A stretch of 56,782 nt of DNA, filler included, from Callorhinchus milii (lineage: Eukaryota), in NCBI RefSeq assembly GCF_018977255.1. It is 2 parts of 2 records of this genome, joined end to end, with 100 filler letters (N's around TTAATTAATTAA, not from the genome) between each part and the next. Parts side by side here need not be neighbours in the genome. Positions count along the whole stretch, not along the records: positions 28,447 to 56,782 come from NW_024705674.1; 1 more part is not named here. The stretch is one strand, 5' to 3'. Below, in pieces: positions 50,769-56,782 of the stretch. Position numbers and translations under genes: made by a program. Position 1 is the stretch's first letter, and the number at the start of each line of letters is the position of its first letter. The notes under the pieces were generated by a model. That model saw nothing but the letters and a program-made list of their open reading frames with translations. It had not been told where the DNA came from and did no database searches.

Positions 50769-53522
50769 GTGACTGATTCTTCAGAGCAGAGTAACAGTCG
50801 CGGGTGTTGTTGAGAGTTAAAGGCACCCTCTAAGCTGCGTGGATGTCTGGCTGAAATCGCCAAAAAGCAACTCTCACTAACGTCTAACCGCGACACAGGA
50901 AGTCGGACTACACACGCGATTACCAGTTTATCCACTAACAAAGAAACTTACTTGTTGATGCACGGCGTATCGATGTCCCTGTAACCCGTCTGAAGAGATC
51001 GCCACGAACTCTCCCGAAGCGAAGTCGCCAACCAGTCGCCAAGCAATCGTGCTCGCCAGGCTGGGTCTCGTGGAAGAAGTGTTATCTGCAGAGCGGGGAG
51101 TCGAGCTTCTATCCTCAGCAAAATCCCTCTCGAAATGATCTTGAGGTCTGATTTTAAGCCCCTTTAAACTTCGCTCTAGCATCCAAATCTTTTGTTCTCG
51201 AATTGGTCTTCATGGACTTTGCATTCAATTGTAATTTTGTTGCATTAACAATCCGCATATCTAGCAACATAATACGTATGTACATCTCACTGCATAATTG
51301 TACACTTCCGTTTTAATAAGGATGTGCATATCCATGCATAATTCCGTGCTTCGTGTTAATTTGCTAATATTCACCCCCCAATGTCCTCTAAACTGCTGCA
51401 AGTTTAGAGGATTATAAAGCAACATACAGCCTGAAATATCAAAATTGGTGATCTCGAGCTTGATTTGGAATAAGATGTGCAAGTTTATACTGTACTGACT
51501 TTGTTTCATGAATATATTTAATGACAATCGTGTTGAGCGGGGTGCTTCTAGAAAATGAGTGTTTTATATTATAATTTCTGCCATGGACTTTAAATATTCA
51601 TCTGAATGGTTAGCATGTAAGCGTGGTTTATTATCATGTCCATATGAATGTTTTTCTGGGTTAGATCGCTTAAATATACAAATGTGTAGTTGAAACCCGC
51701 CACCACTCGACAAAGCCAACTAGTAAGGGTTGTCACGTAAACAGAACATGCACATTTGTCACTAGCACAGCACACCGGTGTGTTGGAGAGCCAAGCCACA
51801 ACATTTACAATCTGAGTACGACGTTTCGCCTGTAATTAAAACTAGCTTCATCAGTCGACAGCCAGATTTGGGAAGTTTCACTGTTTTGTTCCTTATATAG
51901 AAGCATAGATGTGTTGACCACGCAGCGGGGCATCTAAGATTCATATCGTCAGCTTAACCTGTGAAAATAATGACAAAACCCCGCTATACAAGTATACTAC
52001 TGTTTGTATGTACATGGATTCTGTACTTCTGTGATGTCCACTCGTGTGTGGGGGTGGTGTGTACATGGGAGTGTATATGTGTGACTCGTGTATGATTAAT
52101 GTATTGGAACAAACAAATTGTTTTTATATGTGTTCGTACAAATCATTTAAGGGAAACGTGGTCGGAATGCGCCACCACAACAGAAAACTACAGGAATAGA
52201 GACTCCCCGCTCGTGGTGCTAAATGAATGAAAACAGCGCCACTGAGCAGACAGAGCCCCGCCCCTACAGCTCGTGAGTGTGACGTAGTGAGTGTGACCAG
52301 CGGACTGCCACGATGCTGCCAGGTAAGGGTAAACTTGTGTGATGGAGATGCTTCACCTGAAACTCGCCTCCACACGTGTTCGCTATGAACATTGTAGCAA
52401 TAAGGACGATCAGTCATCTTTAACATAGCAGGTCTTTATTGTTCTGCAAGTATATTAACGTTAAAACTCGTAGAAACACATGCACACTCGTGTGTGAATG
52501 CACAACCGCTGTATATACAGTCGTGTTTGGATGCACACTCGTGTGTGTATGTCTACTCGTCCCGTTTTTTTAAAGGAAAATATGGGTAGCAATAACGTAC
52601 GATCAGTCATCTTTAAAAACAAATCAGGTCTTTATTAATCTGCAAGAAAACTCACGTTAATACTCGAATCGAAATCTTTATTAATACGCAGGCTCAAACA
52701 GGAAAGGAACTAGGCAAATTATTTCCCAATAGGAATTCAACAGTTAAAAGATATTCTTAAAATCAAACACGTAAACGTCGATTTCCCCTTTGACGTCCTT
52801 TTCCACTGAAGCCATTCGTCCAAATCCAAGCCATCAAATACACAGAACAACGAACGTGCAATCCACGCACACTCTGAAACTAATTATTTTAAGTTATTTT
52901 GTTTATTACACGATAAAACATTTTTAAGAACATCTTCTTGGTTCTTTCAGTAAAGTCACGTAGAATGTAAATAATAAAATAAAAATAATAAAATATTATT
53001 TTATTATTTCCATTAAATGTGACTTTACCGAAAGAACCAAGAAGATGAATCCCTGCAGTCACGAAAGCTTTAAATCCAAAATTAAGAACATGTTTAAAAT
53101 ATTGAGCAAAGTTGTGATCACAGTATTTCTCCAACTTTAGCTCAACAAAATCACTTAACCACGAGAGTAAAATTAGAAATTGAACCACCACACAACCACT
53201 GCTCTTCACAACACATCAACAAGTAGTCCGATAGGACTACAAAGCACCACCTTAACGTGACGAAGTCTGGAATAAACTTTAACACGCAATTAGCTGTGAG
53301 AAGATGACATGGCACCTTCTACCATAAACACTACACATTTACTAGTCCCGATGATACAACCACCAGACGAAGCAACGCATCTATAGAAGTATAACATTGT
53401 TGCCATCCTGAAATAAGTGAACACTTCTGGAACTTAAAAGGAATTCGTTCATCTGAACAGATTATAGAGCATTCACAACATCACTCTAGCTCGGAGTACT
53501 GGAAATCACTGAAAAAATATAT

Positions 53523-54071
53523 CTAAGAGACACGAATATACACAGGGCAACAGTTAACAGATGTACTCAATACGTTTGAGTCTTCAGCCACTCCACTACA
53601 TCCAGCCATCTCTCCGGATTCAACTTCATGGGGTCGATAGTGGAAATTGTCGTCAGGACTCATTGCATCCGCTACATTCAGCAATCTCTCAGGATCCACC
53701 TGCCGAGGTTCGAAACATGCATTTTTTTCAGGACTCATTTCAGCACTTTGAATTTCACTATTTGATTTCACTTCCCTATCATTGCGGATCTTCTGATGCT
53801 TGTTTGGGGGTGATGACTGTGAACATGTCCTCTCCCTCGTAGAGCAATTTAATGGTTTTTCATCCGAGTGTGTTTTCTGGTGCCTGTGAAGAGCTGACTT
53901 CCATGCAAATTCCTTCCCACAAAGAGAACACTTGAATGGATTCTCGCTCGAGTGTGTTTTTTGGTGACTGTGAAGATTTGATTTCCGTGAAAATGCCTTA
54001 CCACACACCGAGCAATTGAATGGCTTCTCGCCCGTGTGTGCGTGGCGCTGTGGAGAGTTTATCTGCTCCAT
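53523..54071 (-). CDS. Type-B zinc-finger copy (2 fingers), open for 182 aa; one acidic repeat deleted, shifting the final frame
   Basis: ORF track 53523-54071. Relative to copy 5, ~70 nt (one repeat) is missing near 53645. Confidence 0.75.
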   Translation of the reverse strand: MEQINSPQRHAHTGEKPFNCSVCGKAFSRKSNLHSHQKTHSSENPFKCSLCGKEFAWKSALHRHQKTHSDEKPLNCSTRERTCSQSSPPNKHQKIRNDREVKSNSEIQSAEMSPEKNACFEPRQVDPERLLNVADAMSPDDNFHYRPHEVESGEMAGCSGVAEDSNVLSTSVNCCPVYIRVS

Positions 54072-56782
54072 GTGACTGATTCTTCAGAGCAGAGTAACAG
54101 TCGCGGGTGTTGTTGAGAGTTAAAGGCACCCTCTAAGCTGCGTGGATGTCTGGCTGAAATCGCCAAAAAGCAACTCTCACTAACGTCTAACCGCGACACA
54201 GGAAGTCGGACTACACACGCGATTACCAGTTTATCCACTAACAAAGAAACTTACTTGTTGATGCACGGCGTATCGATGTCCCTGTAACCCGTCTGAAGAG
54301 ATCGCCACGAACTCTCCCGAAGCGAAGTCGCCAACCAGTCGCCAAGCAATCGTGCTCGCCAGGCTGGGTCTCGTGGAAGAAGGGTTATCTGCAGAGCGAG
54401 GAGTCGAGCGTCTATCCTCAGCAAAATCCCTCTCGAAATGATCTTGAGGTCTGATTTTAAGCCCCTTTAAACTTCGCTCTAGCATCCAAATCCTTTGTTC
54501 TCGAATTGGCCTATCATGGACTTTGCATTCAATTGTAATTTTTGCATTAACAATCCGCATATCTAGCAACATAATACGTATGTACATCTCACTGCATAAT
54601 TGTACACTTCCGTTTGAATAAGGATGTGCATCTCCATGCATAATTCCGTGCTTCGTGTTAATTTGCTAATATTCACCCCCAATGTCCTCTAAACTGCTGC
54701 AAGTTTAGAGGATTATAAAGCGACATACAGCCTGAAGTATCAAAATTGGTGATCTCGAGCTTGATTTGGAATAAGATGTGCAAGTTTATACTGTACTGAC
54801 TTTGTTTTATAAATATATTTAAGGACAATCGTGTTGAGCGGGGTGCTTCTAGAAAACGAGTGTTTTATATTATAATTTCTGCCATGAACTTTGAATAATG
54901 ATCTGAATGGTTAGCTTGTAAGCGTGGTTTATTATCATGTCCATATTAAGTTTTTTGGGTTAGATCGCTTAAATATATAAACGTGTCGTTGAAACCCGCC
55001 ACCACCCGACAAAGCCAACTAGTAAGGATTGTCACGTAAACAGAAAATGCAAATGTTTCACTAGTACAGCACACCGGTGTGTTGGAGAGCCAAGCCACAA
55101 CATTTACAATCTGAGTACGACGTTTCGTCCGTAATTAAAACTAGCTTCATCAGTCGACAGCCAGATTTGGGAAGTCTCACTGTTTTGTTCCTTAAATAGA
55201 AGCATAGATGTGTTGACCACGCAGCTGCGCACTTGAACAATGTGGGGGGGGAGCGTGGGATTACTACCTCTATTATGGATGATGTTGGTCCCGAAATCCT
55301 ACTGTTAAACTCGTATGTATGTGTTTAATATTTTGGATACATTTTTTTAAATGATAATTGCATTGAATTTGGAGAGATGACCAGCGCCTCGCACCCGTCC
55401 AGAGACCTCGTGGGCCTCTGTGGTGGCTACGAGCCTTCCCTCCAGGACATTGCTCACATCCACCGCAGCGTTACCGTCCGGCACCGCGATGAGGTAGCGG
55501 ATTCTTTTTTCCGAACTTTACTCGTGGCTGGGTAATACCAAACAACAGGGGCTCGTGAAAAAAAAATACTACTGTTTGTATGTACATGGATCTGTACTTC
55601 TGTGTATGTCCAGTCGTGTGTTTATTTACACTCGTTGATGTGGATATGTACATGCGTGAACGTGTGTGTATAGGTATGTACAATAATTTGTTCGCACATT
55701 TGTTTCGTGTAGTAGAACGCAATCCCTTTGTACGTCAGACAAAGAATTTAGGGGCAACGTGGTAGGAATGCGCCACCACAACAGAAAACTACAGGGATGA
55801 GACTCCCCGCTCGTGGTGCTAAATGAATGAAAACAGCGCCACTGAGCAGACAGAGCCCCGCCCCTACAGCTCGTGAGTGTGACGTAGTGAGTGTGACCAG
55901 CGGACTGCCACGATGCTGCCAGGTAAGGGTAAACTTGTGTGATGGAGATGCTTCACCTGAAACTCGCCTCCACACGTGTTCGCTATGAACATTGTAGCAA
56001 TAAGGGACGATCAGTCATCTTTAACATAGCAGGTCTTTATTGTTCTGCAAGTATATTAACGTTAAAACTCGTAGAAACACATGCACACTCGTGTGTGAAT
56101 GTACAACGCTGTATATACAGTCGTGTTTGGATGCACACTCGTGTGTGTATGTCTACTCGCCGTGTTTTTTAAAGGAAAATATGGTAGCAATAACGTAGAT
56201 CAGTCATCTTTAAAAACAAATCAGGTCTTTATTAATCTGCAAGAAAACTCACGTTAATACTCGTATCGAAATCTTTATTAATACGCAGGCTCAAACAGGA
56301 AAGGAACTGGCAAATTATTTCCCAATAGAAATTCAACAGTTAAAAGATATTCTTAAATCAAAAACGTAAACGTCGATTTCCCCTTTGACGTCCTTTTCCA
56401 CTGAAGCCATTCGTCCAGAAGTCCAAGCCATCAAACACAGGAACAACGAACGTGCAATCCACGCACACTCTGAAACCTATTATTTGAAGTTAATTAATTT
56501 ATTACACAATCATGAAAATTAAAGAACATGTTTAAAATATTGAGCAAAGTTGTGGTCACAGACTTTCTCCAACTTTAGCTCAACAAGACCACTTAACCAG
56601 AGAGTAAATCAGGAATTGAACCACCTCACAACCACTGCACATCACACCACATCAACAAGTAATCCGATAGGACTACAAAGCACCACCTTAACGTGACGAA
56701 GTCTAGAATAAACCTCAACACTCAAGACACGGAATTCAACATAAACACCATGACAAAATGAATAACACTATGGGCAAATCCT

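Larger units (their letters stand above)
50439..56782 (-). repeat. Gene-bearing tandem array, right part (type-B units), runs off the window end
   Basis: Start-codon landmarks at 50768 and 54071. Near-identical to 39200-43040. Confidence 0.96.

Noticed and set aside
54231..54641. Recurrent ORF MLERSxKGLKIRPQ... in each array unit as a second gene
   Set aside because: It spans the predicted TATA box and non-coding exon, is frameshifted differently among copies and has no domain. Recurrence merely reflects the DNA repeat.

Overview
Vertebrate genomic DNA, most likely from a cartilaginous fish (inferred from the GPR139/142-like receptor, the Deu-domain-like tRNA SINEs and the L2 LINEs). No prokaryotic features are present. 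An artificial 100-bp joiner (N44-TTAATTAATTAA-N44, 28347-28446) splits the window. The left half holds compound GA/GT microsatellite, a CpG-rich promoter-like patch (ZNF143/Staf motif, CRE cores, tandem YY1-like sites) and decayed L2 LINEs and SINEs. It also holds a two-exon, apparently intact 321-aa GPR139-like GPCR, several minisatellites (24, 47, ~39 and ~20 bp), and a dispersed tRNA cluster. That cluster has one intact tRNA-Glu(CTC) plus several pseudo-tRNAs, and part of it lies in an old duplicated module. The right half is a head-to-tail array of ~2.5-3.8 kb units. Each unit carries a minus-strand gene with TATA/Inr, a non-coding first exon and one coding exon. The coding exon encodes 2-7 C2H2 fingers that vary at the DNA-contact positions, followed by tandem acidic/aromatic repeats. 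This array is the most interesting biological object here. It is interrupted at 43071-50438 by a 7.4-kb block that looks like featureless random sequence. I see no biological system in that block and regard it as probably non-genomic filler or an artefact.
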